Shown piece after piece: positions 11,051 through 21,901 of a stretch of DNA of 64,000 nt. A program made the translations under genes and the position numbers. The stretch is from Williopsis jadinii (Eukaryota): the NCBI GenBank assembly GCA_024346625.1, contig AP024666.1, forward strand, positions 1,736,001 through 1,800,000, in the 5' to 3' direction. How positions within the stretch are numbered: position 1 is the stretch's first letter; every line of letters begins with the position of its first letter. Under the pieces are notes generated by a model. That model searched no databases and had not been told where the DNA came from. It saw nothing but the letters and a program-made list of their open reading frames with translations.

Positions 11051-11719
11051 TTACACTCCCAATAGAGAACGCCAGTCATTCCAATTGTAGTCGTCATAGA
11101 TGAACTCCATCGACGATTCCAGCCCGTGCTGGAGGAACGTCGGGTAGTATCTGTGTAGGTACATCACGACACCCCAGGATACAGTTGCAAAGGTACTCCA
11201 TGAGTACCTTTGGATCAGCTTCTTCAGGTGGAGGTGCTCTGTGCTGGACACCAATGGCAATCTGCTCTCCCTCTGGAGAAGCTTCAGCTCTTTGGCCAGC
11301 CTGAACGCCATCAGCTTGCCAAGTGCAAGGGTCACCCTTGCACCGCAGAACAGCGTGATCTGGTGGGTGATTGAGTGGTTGAACCATGGTGTCAGGTTGC
11401 CGTACACTATGAGCCCGCCAATCGCACCACTGATGAACTCGTGAATCGGCGCCTCTCGACCAGACACCCTCTTCAGCGCCATCAGCACGGCTCTGTAGAT
11501 GAAGGCGTACACCGCGAGGATCGTCCCGTGGGCCCTGGCCATCTTCACAACGGCGCTGAGCTTCGAGCTCAGCGGTGAATGCCTCTTGAAGATGAATTGC
11601 ATCACAAGCGTATGCGCAAACCTCAGCTTTCCACCGTAAATCAGCCCATTCCTCATGGATTTCACCACTTGGAGAAGCTCCCGGTTCTTGGGATCAGAGA
11701 TAATATCGTTAATGTCCAT
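11051..11719 (-). CDS. Peroxisomal membrane protein 4 (PXMP4/PMP24-like, Tim17 family)
   Basis: RNGLIYGGKLRFAHTLVM, FISGAIGGLIVYG, WGVVMYL, LQHGLESSMEFIYDD..W match the PXMP4 pattern. Confidence 0.88.
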   Translation of the reverse strand: MDINDIISDPKNRELLQVVKSMRNGLIYGGKLRFAHTLVMQFIFKRHSPLSSKLSAVVKMARAHGTILAVYAFIYRAVLMALKRVSGREAPIHEFISGAIGGLIVYGNLTPWFNHSITHQITLFCGARVTLALGKLMAFRLAKELKLLQRESRLPLVSSTEHLHLKKLIQRYSWSTFATVSWGVVMYLHRYYPTFLQHGLESSMEFIYDDYNWNDWRSLLGV

Positions 11720-12037
11720 CCTCGTGACTCAACTGGCCAATTGGCACCGACCTGTGCTGCTGGAAGTTGGTATTAACGCCATGGTGATGATTCTGTCTCC
11801 GGCGTACTACCCCAATTTTTCCGAGACCGCCACGATGATCCGAAATACCCCACAAAAGGCGGAGTTCCGGGGGCAACCGGACCCTCGGATCTCGGAGACA
11901 GAATATGCTGTTTTCGGAACATTCCAAAATCGGTGGTAAAGTGATGTTTACTTCAACACGTTTTCATACAGTGGAGTGCTTTCAGCCACCACAACACGGC
12001 GTAGCCAGGGGCCCCAGGGAACGAAAGCGGAGTCAGC

Positions 12038-13660
12038 ATGGAGTTCATCAGAAGACTCATCTCGCCAGCTATCCAGCTGCCAAACGACGAAGCTCAAGCG
12101 GACGCAGACGGAGAGCAGCACGCTGGTGAAGACCAAGGCGACTACACAACACACTCAGAGGTTATGGGATGGTGTCTGTACTCGTGGGCGGCAGAGCCAT
12201 TCATCGTGAGCGCTGTGTCCACGTACGTTCCACTACTGCTGGAGCAGTTTGCCAGGGAGAATGGTGTGAGGCTCGATGATCACTCCAAGCCGTGTATCCA
12301 TAAGGAGCCAATCGACGTGACACCATTGCCTCCTCCTCCGGACTCAACGTTGCCGGAGACGTTGATGGTATTCAAGAGAAGAGAGCACGTCCAGTGCGTG
12401 GTGTACGTGCTCGGCAGGTACATCGACACGTCGTCGTATGCCCTGTATACGTTTTCCATCTCGGTGGCCATCCAGACGCTGGTGGTGATCTCCATGTCCG
12501 GGGCGGCTGATAGGGGCCATTATAGGAAGCAGCTGCTGTTGATGTTTGGCGTTGTTGGTGCCATTGTCACGATGCTCTTCCGGCTGATCTCCAGCGAGCG
12601 GTACTACCTGTCCTCGCTATTTGCCATTGTGGCAAACAGCTGCTTCGGAGCAGTGAACGTGTGTGGCAACTCGTTTCTGCCGATACTGGTTTCGAACTTG
12701 AAGCCACCATCCAGCTCCACGGACAGCGTTGTGTCCAACGGTAACCAGTTCACCAAGATCTCAGGCCTGGGTGCAGCTTCAGGGTACATATCTGCACTTA
12801 TAGTGCAGATCATGACGATGCTGATCGTTATCAAGACAGGCTCCACCACGCTATCGATCCAGACGGCGATCTTTGTCGTTGGTCTATGGTGGTTTGTCTT
12901 CCAGTTGCCCCTTGCAATGCTGTTGAAGTCACGTCCAGGACCAACGCTGGTGCTGAAGCCGGATCAGAACGCATTGCTACAGTACGTCAGGTACGGGTGG
13001 CACACGCTGTTCGTCTCTATTAAGCATGCCTCCATGCTGAGAGACGTTTTGATATACCTGCTGGGCTGGTTCATCGTCAGCGACTCCGTGGTGACGATCA
13101 ATTCTGCTGCTGTGCTGTTTGCACGCTCAGAGCTGTTGATGTCGACCCCGAAGCTTGTCATTGTCGGTATTTTATCGGTGCTCTTTGCCATCTTTGGAAG
13201 CCTGACGGTGCCATATATACAGAGGCTGTTCAAGATAACACCCAAGGGGAGCCTGCTATGCGTCATCGTTGGTGCCAGTGTCATCCCATTCTACGGGATT
13301 CTGGGCTTCTACTTCTATGGTATTGGTCTCAAGCACGAGTGGGAGATGTACATGCTAGCAGTGTGGTATGGGTTCATTCTCGGTGCGCTCGCCACGGTCT
13401 CACGCTCATTGTTTGCAATGCTGATACCAAAGGGCAAGGAGTCAACCTTCTTCAGTCTTTTCAGCGTCACGGACAAGGGCTCGTCGATCCTGGGGCCAAC
13501 GATAACTGCGCTGATTACAGATAAGACCCATAACATTAGGTACTGTTTCTACTTTCTGTTCCTGTTGCTCATCATTGCATTACCGATATATGCCATGCTC
13601 GACGTCGAACGAGGACGACAGGAGGCTCTGGAGCTGGAAACAGTGGATGAAGATGAATGA
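12038..13660 (+). CDS. ATG22: Vacuolar amino-acid efflux transporter (MFS)
   Basis: GWCLYSWAAEPFIVSAVSTYVPLLLEQFA, SGAADRGHYRK, FSVTDKGSSILGP; near SRO9 as in S. cerevisiae. Confidence 0.95.
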   Translation: MEFIRRLISPAIQLPNDEAQADADGEQHAGEDQGDYTTHSEVMGWCLYSWAAEPFIVSAVSTYVPLLLEQFARENGVRLDDHSKPCIHKEPIDVTPLPPPPDSTLPETLMVFKRREHVQCVVYVLGRYIDTSSYALYTFSISVAIQTLVVISMSGAADRGHYRKQLLLMFGVVGAIVTMLFRLISSERYYLSSLFAIVANSCFGAVNVCGNSFLPILVSNLKPPSSSTDSVVSNGNQFTKISGLGAASGYISALIVQIMTMLIVIKTGSTTLSIQTAIFVVGLWWFVFQLPLAMLLKSRPGPTLVLKPDQNALLQYVRYGWHTLFVSIKHASMLRDVLIYLLGWFIVSDSVVTINSAAVLFARSELLMSTPKLVIVGILSVLFAIFGSLTVPYIQRLFKITPKGSLLCVIVGASVIPFYGILGFYFYGIGLKHEWEMYMLAVWYGFILGALATVSRSLFAMLIPKGKESTFFSLFSVTDKGSSILGPTITALITDKTHNIRYCFYFLFLLLIIALPIYAMLDVERGRQEALELETVDEDE

Positions 13661-13677
13661 GAGTGTCCTGAAGGTAA

Positions 13678-14365
13678 TCACCACAGGTTTTCCTGCTCTA
13701 TGTACTTGATTAGACTCTCAATGGTGATGATCTTGATGTTGTACTTTGAGCCAAACTCTTCACAGTCCTCCAGTCTCATCATTAGCCCGTCCTGGTCTCT
13801 AACCAGCTCGCAGATACACGCAGCCTCTTGCAAGCCAGCCAGTTTCGATAGCTGGACACCAGCTTCCGTGTGGCCCTGTCTCTTCTGTAGCAGCCCATCA
13901 ACTGCTCTTAGTGGACATATGTGACCAGGTCTGCGCAGGTCCCCCGGTGTTGATTTAGCACTGGCCATCGTCTGCACCGTGACGGCCCTGTCACGGGCAC
14001 TGATTCCCGTGGTGACGTCTTCGCTCGCATCAGCAGTCACCGTGTAGGCTGTTCCGTGTCTATCCTGGTTATCTTTAACCATTGGTGGTAAATCCAGGGC
14101 ATCAGCCTTTGCATTTGACAGTGGAACACAGATGAAGCCGGACGAGTGACGCACCAGGAACGCCATCTTCTCGCTGGTCACCAGCTCCGCAGCGATGATC
14201 AGGTCTCCTTCGTTTTCCCTAGACTCGTCGTCCATGACGATGAGGAATTCTCCATTCTCTTTACAACAACAGTGTTAGTACGGGCTCCAGGGGAAGAACT
14301 ACGTCCAATGAAAACAACAACGTACTGTATGCTTCGAGAGCCTCAGGAATAGGTGTGAATGCCAT
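13678..14365 (-). CDS. RIB3: DHBP synthase; exon 1 14365-14326, intron 14325-14259, exon 2 14258-13678
   Basis: Spliced product MAFTPIPEALEAYKNGEFLIVMDDESRENEGDL; TGISARDR; GHTEA. Donor GTACGT, branch TACTAAC at 14280-14274, AAG acceptor. Confidence 0.95.
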
Positions 14366-14709
14366 CTTTAGACTTCGATTGATTTTCTCCAGCAGGGGGG
14401 TGTTTCCAGAAGGAGGTGGTGATAGTGAAAAAAGTGTTGATGTAAGAGGTTGGGGTTCAACGAAGAAAAAAAACCGGCACAGTTATTTTCTCGAGACAAT
14501 CAAGTGAGAAAAGTCCGATGCGCGTGCTCTCTGAGTGTAAAACCTCGCTTCCTTGGATGCCTTTGGTGATATTCAGGGGATTAAACCTCCATCAACGAAA
14601 ATTTTTCTTCACTACTTAGACGTCGATACGCCGGCTTATTTATACACATCAACAACAATAAAACGCTTTATCATCTGATTTATACATTACTAAAGATGTT
14701 ATACATCGC

Positions 14710-14938
14710 TGACTCATTGCATTGGCTGGATGGTTTGTCAGCTGCGTATGGGAGGCACGAACTGTGGCATTTGCCTCAGCGAGAGCACACGGCTATTCGG
14801 TAGCGTCGTCGATGGGGAGTGCTCCGGAGGTAAGGGGAGTTTAGCGGAGTTTAGCCTGGGGGCGTGGGCTGCGGGCTGGTCGCTTTATCGGGTTTATTAC
14901 GTAATCAGGCGAGCTCGTTTGTCGGGTTTATTACGTAA
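14710..14938. promoter_or_regulatory. Gcn4-type TGACTCA and a 17-bp direct repeat carrying TTACGTAA in the RIB3/RCF2 divergent promoter
   Basis: TGACTCA at 14710-14716; TCGGGTTTATTACGTAA at 14888 and 14922. Confidence 0.5.
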
Positions 14939-15406
14939 GCGTCGGAATTCACCGCGCATCGGAATTCGCTATCGGAATTGCAAATGCCAACGCCGGAACC
15001 TCGCCAGGCTCTCCTCGCTGCCCACGGATACCTCGCGCGTGCCGCAACGTGATTGGCCAGTCAGCCCATGGAACCAACACCGTCAAGAGCAACCCAATGG
15101 AGCTGGCAGCACGCTTCAATTGCCTCCTGAAGGGCAGAACCGGGGCGTTTTACCCGTATTTCCACTCATCGAGCGCCACAGCACAGAAATGTTAGGATGT
15201 CACGCTAAAATCAGCCAATCGAAGGCCTTTGAGACGACCCGCGGCCTTTGAATCTCGTTTGGCATCATCTATAAAAATGGCACCTCTTCTTCAACATCTC
15301 TGCATTTTCCTCTGCTCTGGAGCACCAATTGGGTTTGAACCATACGCTTGAGCCTTTGGAGTAGAACACACACACATATACTTGTACATACACTTATACA
15401 CACACG

Positions 15407-16057
15407 ATGAAATTGCTTACTGATGATGAGATCGATGCCCATTGGTGGGTTGTTGCTGAAGGAGGGTTGATTGGGCTTGCTGCCGGTCTACTGGCCACCG
15501 GGGCCATCTTCAAGTACGGTGCATACAAGTACCCTGGGTTCCCAAAGAACTTGCCATGGTCCATCAGAACGGCGATCTTCATCTCGCCACCAACGGTGGG
15601 TATCACCATTGGTGCGGAGGAGGCGTCCAATGCATTTGATAGAGAGATGTACTCCAATGACTACAACGCAAAGCTCAAGTTGGAGGAGCACAAGAGATGG
15701 GCAGAGCTGCCATTGAGCCAGAAGTTCGTGCAAGGTGCTGCCAACAACAAGTACAAGATCATTGTTGGAGCATGGGCCGCTTCCATGTGGGGGTCATGGG
15801 TCTTCGTGGACCGTGATCCAATCATGACGAAGACTCAGAAGATAGTGCAGGCCAGAATGTACGCACAGTTCCTGACCGTGGGCTTGCTCTTGGGTTCTAT
15901 TGGGTTGAGTATGTACGATGAGAAGCACAACGCTCCAGCCAAGGTTGAAGAGCTGCAAGGCTGGGAGAAGGTGCTACTTGAAGAGGAGGAGAGACAGAAG
16001 AAGGAGAAGGAGAATGGTAACGGTACTTACAAGAGAGCCAGAATCTACAAGGATTGA
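15407..16057 (+). CDS. RCF2: Respiratory supercomplex factor 2 (Hig1 family)
   Basis: MKLLTDDEIDAH, NKYKIIVGAWAASMWGSW, QKIVQARMYAQ. Confidence 0.95.
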   Translation: MKLLTDDEIDAHWWVVAEGGLIGLAAGLLATGAIFKYGAYKYPGFPKNLPWSIRTAIFISPPTVGITIGAEEASNAFDREMYSNDYNAKLKLEEHKRWAELPLSQKFVQGAANNKYKIIVGAWAASMWGSWVFVDRDPIMTKTQKIVQARMYAQFLTVGLLLGSIGLSMYDEKHNAPAKVEELQGWEKVLLEEEERQKKEKENGNGTYKRARIYKD

Positions 16058-16245
16058 GCAGAGAGCTTCTCCTTGTTGTTTCTCCTGGTTGTTGTGTTTT
16101 TTTTTGTTCATTCATGAGGTTACGAGTCATATTCCCCTTGTACATTCCCCCCTATATAAACGTTTTGTATACTAGCTATCATCATCTCATTAAACGGTTC
16201 TCGCTTTTACACGTGAATTTGTACGGTCATGTGTATAACTATGTC

Positions 16246-16548
16246 TCATGATCGTAGTAGTTGCTCGTTGACCCTCTGGAAGAATGCTTGACGGAACCTG
16301 AGCGACCTGTTCATCATGAGGCTCTCAAAGGTTGGCCAGGTTTGTTCAGGAGATTGTTCAGGAGATTGGTGTATCCTGTCGACATCGGTGCCAACGTCCT
16401 GAAGTACCCAGCCATTAGACGTCCACTGTACTTGGATCAGCTCACCTTCAAGAGTCTTTATAGATAACCAGCCGTCGATTTGGTTGATGGCGAGCACAAA
16501 CGGGGTGCTATAGTGTTCGATTGCACTGCGATGCTCTTGCTCTTCCAT
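16246..16548 (-). CDS. Small GSKIP/DUF727-like protein
   Basis: IKTLEG..IQVQWTSNGW and TFESLMMNRSLRFRQAFFQRVNEQL resemble the GSKIP domain pattern. Confidence 0.6.
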   Translation of the reverse strand: MEEQEHRSAIEHYSTPFVLAINQIDGWLSIKTLEGELIQVQWTSNGWVLQDVGTDVDRIHQSPEQSPEQTWPTFESLMMNRSLRFRQAFFQRVNEQLLRS

Positions 16549-16679
16549 GGCCTCTCCTGTATCTGAAACCGTGAGTGGGCTGTGTCTGGTGGAAGATGAA
16601 AAGTTTTGAAATGACTATTTTACTGTGCTATATATGATATTATAATTATAATTATAATTATATAATCGCAATTATATAA

Positions 16680-17492
16680 TCAGAACCTTGGTCTTCTCTT
16701 TCTTCCTGTGAACTTGGAATCGAGCGCAACGCTCTTACCTCTTTTCTTCATCAGCTCCTTCTTTCTGTGAATGAAGTGCTTCTTGCTCTCCATCTTCTTC
16801 TTCATCTTTTTGCCTATTTTCTTATCGTGATCGTTAACAGGTGCGTCCATCGTCAACCCATTCAGATTCAAGGACTCTGAGCTTTGGCCCGCACTCAGCA
16901 CCAAATAATACTTCTTGTTTCTCTTACTCTCCGCGTCGTCGATGACCAGTCCACCTTGGAACCCTGCGACTTTCGCGCTGGAAAGGATCGCATCTATTTG
17001 GCCGTCATCAGAGGGATAGAACTGTGCGACAAACTTACCTCCTCTCTTCAAACTGGCGAAAAGAGTGTTAAAGAACCTCATCAGCCTCCATTTGGGGTCC
17101 ACGTTGGACGAGTCCGCATTGCACAGCCACTGTATCACGGATATACTTATCGCAGCGTCGAAAGTACCCGGTCTGAACGGTACACCGGAACCAATATCAG
17201 CCAGAAACAAATCACCTTCAACCTCCCTGTCCAGCGCCGTGGCAAGCATCGAAGGCGCAATGTCCATCCCACACCAAACGTGGCCCTCCTCTGAAAGGAT
17301 CTCGCCTGATAGCCCAGAACCACACCCTATATCCAGTATGAAATGTGGCGTGGAGCTGAGATTCAGCAGCTCCAGGGCCCTCAGCGTCATCTTGGCCTGG
17401 ATGTGCTGAACTCTTGTCGAAGAGGTGTACTTCTTCGACTCAGAATCGTTGTAGAAGATCTCTGGTGGTGCGAGCTGTTCTGGACGCGACAT
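16680..17492 (-). CDS. BUD23: 18S rRNA m7G methyltransferase
   Basis: MSRPEQLAPPEIFYND, LDIGCGSGLSG, DSKFTGRKRRPRF. Confidence 0.98.
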   Translation of the reverse strand: MSRPEQLAPPEIFYNDSESKKYTSSTRVQHIQAKMTLRALELLNLSSTPHFILDIGCGSGLSGEILSEEGHVWCGMDIAPSMLATALDREVEGDLFLADIGSGVPFRPGTFDAAISISVIQWLCNADSSNVDPKWRLMRFFNTLFASLKRGGKFVAQFYPSDDGQIDAILSSAKVAGFQGGLVIDDAESKRNKKYYLVLSAGQSSESLNLNGLTMDAPVNDHDKKIGKKMKKKMESKKHFIHRKKELMKKRGKSVALDSKFTGRKRRPRF

Positions 17493-17586
17493 GGTAGAGC
17501 TAACGGGACGCTGCTTGTAGGCGGTTCTACCCAGTTGTTGTTGTAGGACCTCAAGAGAAATTTTATACCTGACAAAAAACAGTGAA

Positions 17587-17595
17587 GCTCATCGC
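17587..17595 (-). promoter_or_regulatory. PAC element upstream of BUD23
   Basis: GCTCATCGC (GCGATGAGC on minus strand), with RRPE-like AAATTTT nearby; typical of ribosome-biogenesis genes. Confidence 0.65.
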
Positions 17596-18043
17596 CCGTA
17601 GACATCGCACACAGAGGCCGGCGTAAAAATTTGACGCAGCGGATTACATAAGCCGCTTATGTAATAAAATGTTCTGGCTTATGTAATATCGCTTATATAA
17701 GCTATTACGTCAGCATCACGTGCCAGGTGCGTACGCAATGGCTGTTAGGGACAGCAGCGCCAGTAGCAACGGTATAGGCACTCTGGTGATGGTATGAAGA
17801 TACACAGTACTTGAGGGCCTGGCGAGCACACTCTCAAGCTACGCACCCTGTGGTGAGCCCCGTTGGCTGGAGCGAGCGTATCATTCCCACCATCCCCCGC
17901 GTAATGTCTCGTAACCCGACACTGCCTCGTCTCGGGAGCCCATCATGGCCGCTACACACCATCGGAAAGCGACTCGTTTACAGCAGGCCACCATGTGGTT
18001 GCCCGCCCTCGTTCGTGCCATCGGCCAATGGCACCACCGGGAT

Positions 18044-18048
<5 letters not shown>

Positions 18049-18077
<29 letters not shown>
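18049..18077. repeat. (CT)n microsatellite
   Basis: Directly visible. Confidence 0.9.
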
Positions 18078-18080
<3 letters not shown>

Positions 18081-18607
18081 GAGCGGTTGTAATTGGTATC
18101 GCCCTGGCTGTTCATACCCTCGTTGTGAACCTACCCAAGTGGTGTCCTCCCACGCGTGCTAAACCCATTGCTTGACGCATTTTAAAGCCATTGTGCAATA
18201 AATCGGAAAAGCATCAACACCGGAAAAGCATCAACAAATCCTCACAAACCCCATAGCGAAAAGCGTTTTATCGCCGCCTGCGTCATCGTAAGCCGCTCGC
18301 TCTCGCTCTCTCGTTTCTGTCCCTAGCGTCGTTGCGGAGTCTCGGGAAATTTGCATCACGCTGCTTCGGATAACACCCCCCTTCCCATTGGAAACGGGCT
18401 AAGAACCCAGCGTGAGGTCGATCCCAGCGTATCAAACCCCTGTATAGGATCACCCCTGGTTGCCGAGCTTGGTGCTGTGTAGCTGACAAGGTAAGAGCAG
18501 AGAGAACGGATCGAGACCCCTGTGTGAGTGCGTGGATTGGAGTACAGACGTGGTCCACTGTGCGGTATATAAGCGAAGTAAACAACCCCTTGCTTGTTTG
18601 AAGAAAG

Positions 18608-20221
18608 ATGCAGCGGTACCTCCATCAACTGTGTCAGAACCCCTTGGAGTCGAAGGAGCTCAAGAGACCTTCCCTTGCTGACAACACCGAGTATCAGTCG
18701 AGTGCTTCGACGTTGGGGACGCTGAGCTCGCCTGCTAGGGAACGAGCCGCTGGTGAAGCAGAGCTTGCTGAAGTAACAGAGGAGAGCGTGGAAGAAGGAG
18801 AGGAGACTCCTGTGATGGCTGACCAGCAGACGCTGGAGACGTACAAGACGTCCAGGAGGATCAAGGTCAACAGACGGATCTACAAAGGGAAGGTGAAGAG
18901 TAAACTGGACGACGTGAAGTTTGAACATGCCCACAGCATTCTGGATGAGGTTGACACTACAAAGTCCAAGTACAAGGGCTTCTACGTGATGATCTGGTTC
19001 TCCATCGCGGTGACGAACTTGGACTTCATGGTGAACCATCTCCTGGAGCACGGGCTGGAGAGCGATATCCTGGCAACAATGGGCAAAGATCTGACTGCCG
19101 TGGCGTTGACGGACCTGGCGATGTACCTGTCAATGTACTTTGTTGTTGTGGTCCAGAAGGCCATATGCTGTGGATGGATCACGTGGCACGGCTCCGGTTG
19201 GCTAGTGACAAGTGCTTACGAGCTGGCGTTTACCGTGTTCTTCCTATACCTGGCACAGTGGAAGGACTTCCCGTGGATTGGGAAGATTTTCCTCTTCTTG
19301 CACTCGATGGTTCAACTGATGAAGATGCACTCGTACTCCTTCTACAACGGGTACTTGTGGAACATCGCCGAGGAGCTGAACGAGTCCAGGGGCCTCCTGA
19401 AGAAGTCAGACACGCTCTCGAAGGAGGTTGTTGACCATTTGAACGAGTCTGTGGAGTTTTGCCAGTCTGAGCTGGCGTCTCAATCAACCACCACGCCGTT
19501 CCCTGGGAACCTGACGTGGGGTAATTTCTTCCAGTTCACGATGTTCCCAACAGTTGTTTACCAGATTGACTATCCGAGAACCCCAAGGATACGTCCGCAT
19601 TACCTGTTCAAGAAACTAGCTGCTGTGTTTGGCGTCATCATGCTGATGATTGTTGTCGCACAGACGACTTTATATCCAATTGCGATGCGTGCCATCAGTC
19701 TGAGATCGTTGCCTCTAAAGGAGAGACTGTGCCATTATCCACTGTTGTTGCTGGATATCGTGCCGTCGTTCTTCCTGATCTATATCCTGGACTTTTATCT
19801 CATCTGGGACGCTATACTGAACGCAATTGCTGAGCTGACACGGTTCGCAGACAGAGACTTCTATGGTGATTGGTGGAATTGTACCTCGTGGTATGAATTC
19901 TCCAAGCTTTGGAACAAGCCAGTGCACAATTTCCTGTTACGCCATGTCTATCATTCGAGTCTAAGCGCTTTCCAGCTTAACAAACAGCAGGCTACGCTGC
20001 TCACCTTTCTACTCAGCTCAGTGATCCATGAACTGGCGATGTTTGTGATATTCCACAAACTCAGAGGTTATCTACTCATCTTCCAGATGCTTCAACTGCC
20101 TCTTATTTATCTACACAAATTACCATTCATGAAGGATAAGGATACCTTGAACAACGCCCTCTTCTGGGCAGGAATAGCCACAGGGCCTTCCATCATGTGT
20201 ACATTATACCTGACTTTCTGA
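18608..20221 (+). CDS. ARE2: Acyl-CoA:sterol acyltransferase (MBOAT; ARE1/ARE2 ortholog)
   Basis: MKMHSYSFYNG, FADRDFYGDWWN, WNKPVHNFLLRHVY, SSVIHEL; linked to BUD23 and RCF2 as in the S. cerevisiae ohnolog blocks. Confidence 0.93.
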   Translation: MQRYLHQLCQNPLESKELKRPSLADNTEYQSSASTLGTLSSPARERAAGEAELAEVTEESVEEGEETPVMADQQTLETYKTSRRIKVNRRIYKGKVKSKLDDVKFEHAHSILDEVDTTKSKYKGFYVMIWFSIAVTNLDFMVNHLLEHGLESDILATMGKDLTAVALTDLAMYLSMYFVVVVQKAICCGWITWHGSGWLVTSAYELAFTVFFLYLAQWKDFPWIGKIFLFLHSMVQLMKMHSYSFYNGYLWNIAEELNESRGLLKKSDTLSKEVVDHLNESVEFCQSELASQSTTTPFPGNLTWGNFFQFTMFPTVVYQIDYPRTPRIRPHYLFKKLAAVFGVIMLMIVVAQTTLYPIAMRAISLRSLPLKERLCHYPLLLLDIVPSFFLIYILDFYLIWDAILNAIAELTRFADRDFYGDWWNCTSWYEFSKLWNKPVHNFLLRHVYHSSLSAFQLNKQQATLLTFLLSSVIHELAMFVIFHKLRGYLLIFQMLQLPLIYLHKLPFMKDKDTLNNALFWAGIATGPSIMCTLYLTF

Positions 20222-20660
20222 ACCAATTTAGATGCTATGGCCCCGATGTATAATAGTCAATTCAAATCATTATAAACCAGCCGTTGTAGCTCCATCTACA
20301 ACAGTTATGCCTGAATAGCGGAACAGGACCAATGGTAAAGCACGCAGTTTTGGACCATTCTGAGAGACACACACATTTACGTAGCTGGAGCAAATGGCAA
20401 ACAAGGCTGAAACCTGGTTTAGCGAGCAAAATGAGACTGCCCAGAGCCTAGCGATAAAGGCTTGGATCTACCATTTTCCATACGCAACAACTGTCAATTG
20501 AACTGTGGAATTCTGCACACACGTGTACAGTATACAACAGTTAACGGTTCGTGATTCTCTTTCTAGAAGAGTATAATACCTGTGCCGGCCTTGCCATATC
20601 AGCTGGTGGCTCTGTATATGGATATCGCTGTCTTCCATTAGCTTGCTATAGTGAGGTATC

Positions 20661-21848
20661 ATGATGGCTCCAGAACAAAAACGTGATAAAGATAATGGTG
20701 GTGTCATACACCAGACACCTTTTGACGAGATGATTGATGGCGACAGCACTTATAAAGGCTTCTGCTGTACGTTTATGATGTTCATCGGGATGTACCTTTT
20801 CAAATTGGGCTGGGAGTACCAATTGCAGTATGGACACCTTCCAAATGACCTCATCCAAATACTGGGCTTGGATTTGTGGTGGATTGCACGTATGGAGATC
20901 TTGATGTACTTGGGCATGTTCACGAGTTTCTCGGTGATTTCGCTCGTGAAGGTGGATCTACTGAACTGGTACTATTCAGGTTGGACATTCATGGCTCTGT
21001 ACGAGTTGTTCTATCTGTTCTCTTTCAACTATTTGGTACGCAGGTGTGAATGGATCACAAGAGTATTGATATTCCTACATTCGTGTGCACAGGTGATGAA
21101 GATTCATTCGTATGCCTTTACTTTGGGCTCCTCTGCTCATCAACAACGGATCACGTTGAGAGACTTCTTCATGTATACGATGTATCCAACACTTGTTTAT
21201 GAAACCAATTTTGTTAGAACGTCACGTGTTCGTCTTGGCTATCTGATCAAGAGGATGTTTTTGATACTGGTCATGTTGTATTCGCTGGTGATTGTTATCG
21301 ACTGTTCCATGGGCCAGATAGTGGCTGAGATTGCGCAAACCCCGGTAGTTTCAGCAACTACGGTGATTACGAATATCTTGAAACTGTTCCCCAGCATGTT
21401 CTTACTATGCTGTTTGGCATTCTATCTCGTCTGGGAGTGCCTACTAAACGTTATAGCAGAACTGACGTATTTCGCAGATAGAGACTTTTACAAGGACTGG
21501 TGGAATTCAGGCTCAATATTAGAATTCTGTAACACATGGAACAGATCCGTTCACAAGTTCCTGAAAAGGCACGTATACTTGCCCACTGTCAGACAATTCA
21601 ACGGGAACAAATTCTACGGAATAGTGGCTGTTTTCCTCCTTAGTGGGCTCGTTCATGAGCTGGCGCTTTTCGTCATTTTCCAAAGACCTAAGACACATTT
21701 CATCCTACTCTTTATGTCCCAGTTACCGGTCATAATGGTTCAGTCGCCGCAGTGGACAAGGAGCAATAGAATGGTTGCGAATTTCCTATTCTCCGTTTAC
21801 ATCGTTCTGGGTCCCTCGTTCCTCACAGTGATGTACCACATGTGCTGA
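20661..21848 (+). CDS. Second, shorter and diverged ARE-family acyltransferase (tandem paralog)
   Basis: MKIHSYAF, FADRDFYKDWWNS, WNRSVHKFLKRHVY, SGLVHEL; lacks the long N-terminus and an internal loop. Confidence 0.88.
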   Translation: MMAPEQKRDKDNGGVIHQTPFDEMIDGDSTYKGFCCTFMMFIGMYLFKLGWEYQLQYGHLPNDLIQILGLDLWWIARMEILMYLGMFTSFSVISLVKVDLLNWYYSGWTFMALYELFYLFSFNYLVRRCEWITRVLIFLHSCAQVMKIHSYAFTLGSSAHQQRITLRDFFMYTMYPTLVYETNFVRTSRVRLGYLIKRMFLILVMLYSLVIVIDCSMGQIVAEIAQTPVVSATTVITNILKLFPSMFLLCCLAFYLVWECLLNVIAELTYFADRDFYKDWWNSGSILEFCNTWNRSVHKFLKRHVYLPTVRQFNGNKFYGIVAVFLLSGLVHELALFVIFQRPKTHFILLFMSQLPVIMVQSPQWTRSNRMVANFLFSVYIVLGPSFLTVMYHMC

Positions 21849-21849
21849 C

Positions 21850-21901
21850 GGCAGGCTGTCAGTGGCAAGCTGTCAGTGGCAAGCTGTCAATGGCAAGCTG
21901 T
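21850..21901. repeat. 14-bp tandem repeat GGCAAGCTGTCAGT, about 3.7 copies
   Basis: Starts right after the stop codon of the ARE paralog. Confidence 0.85.
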
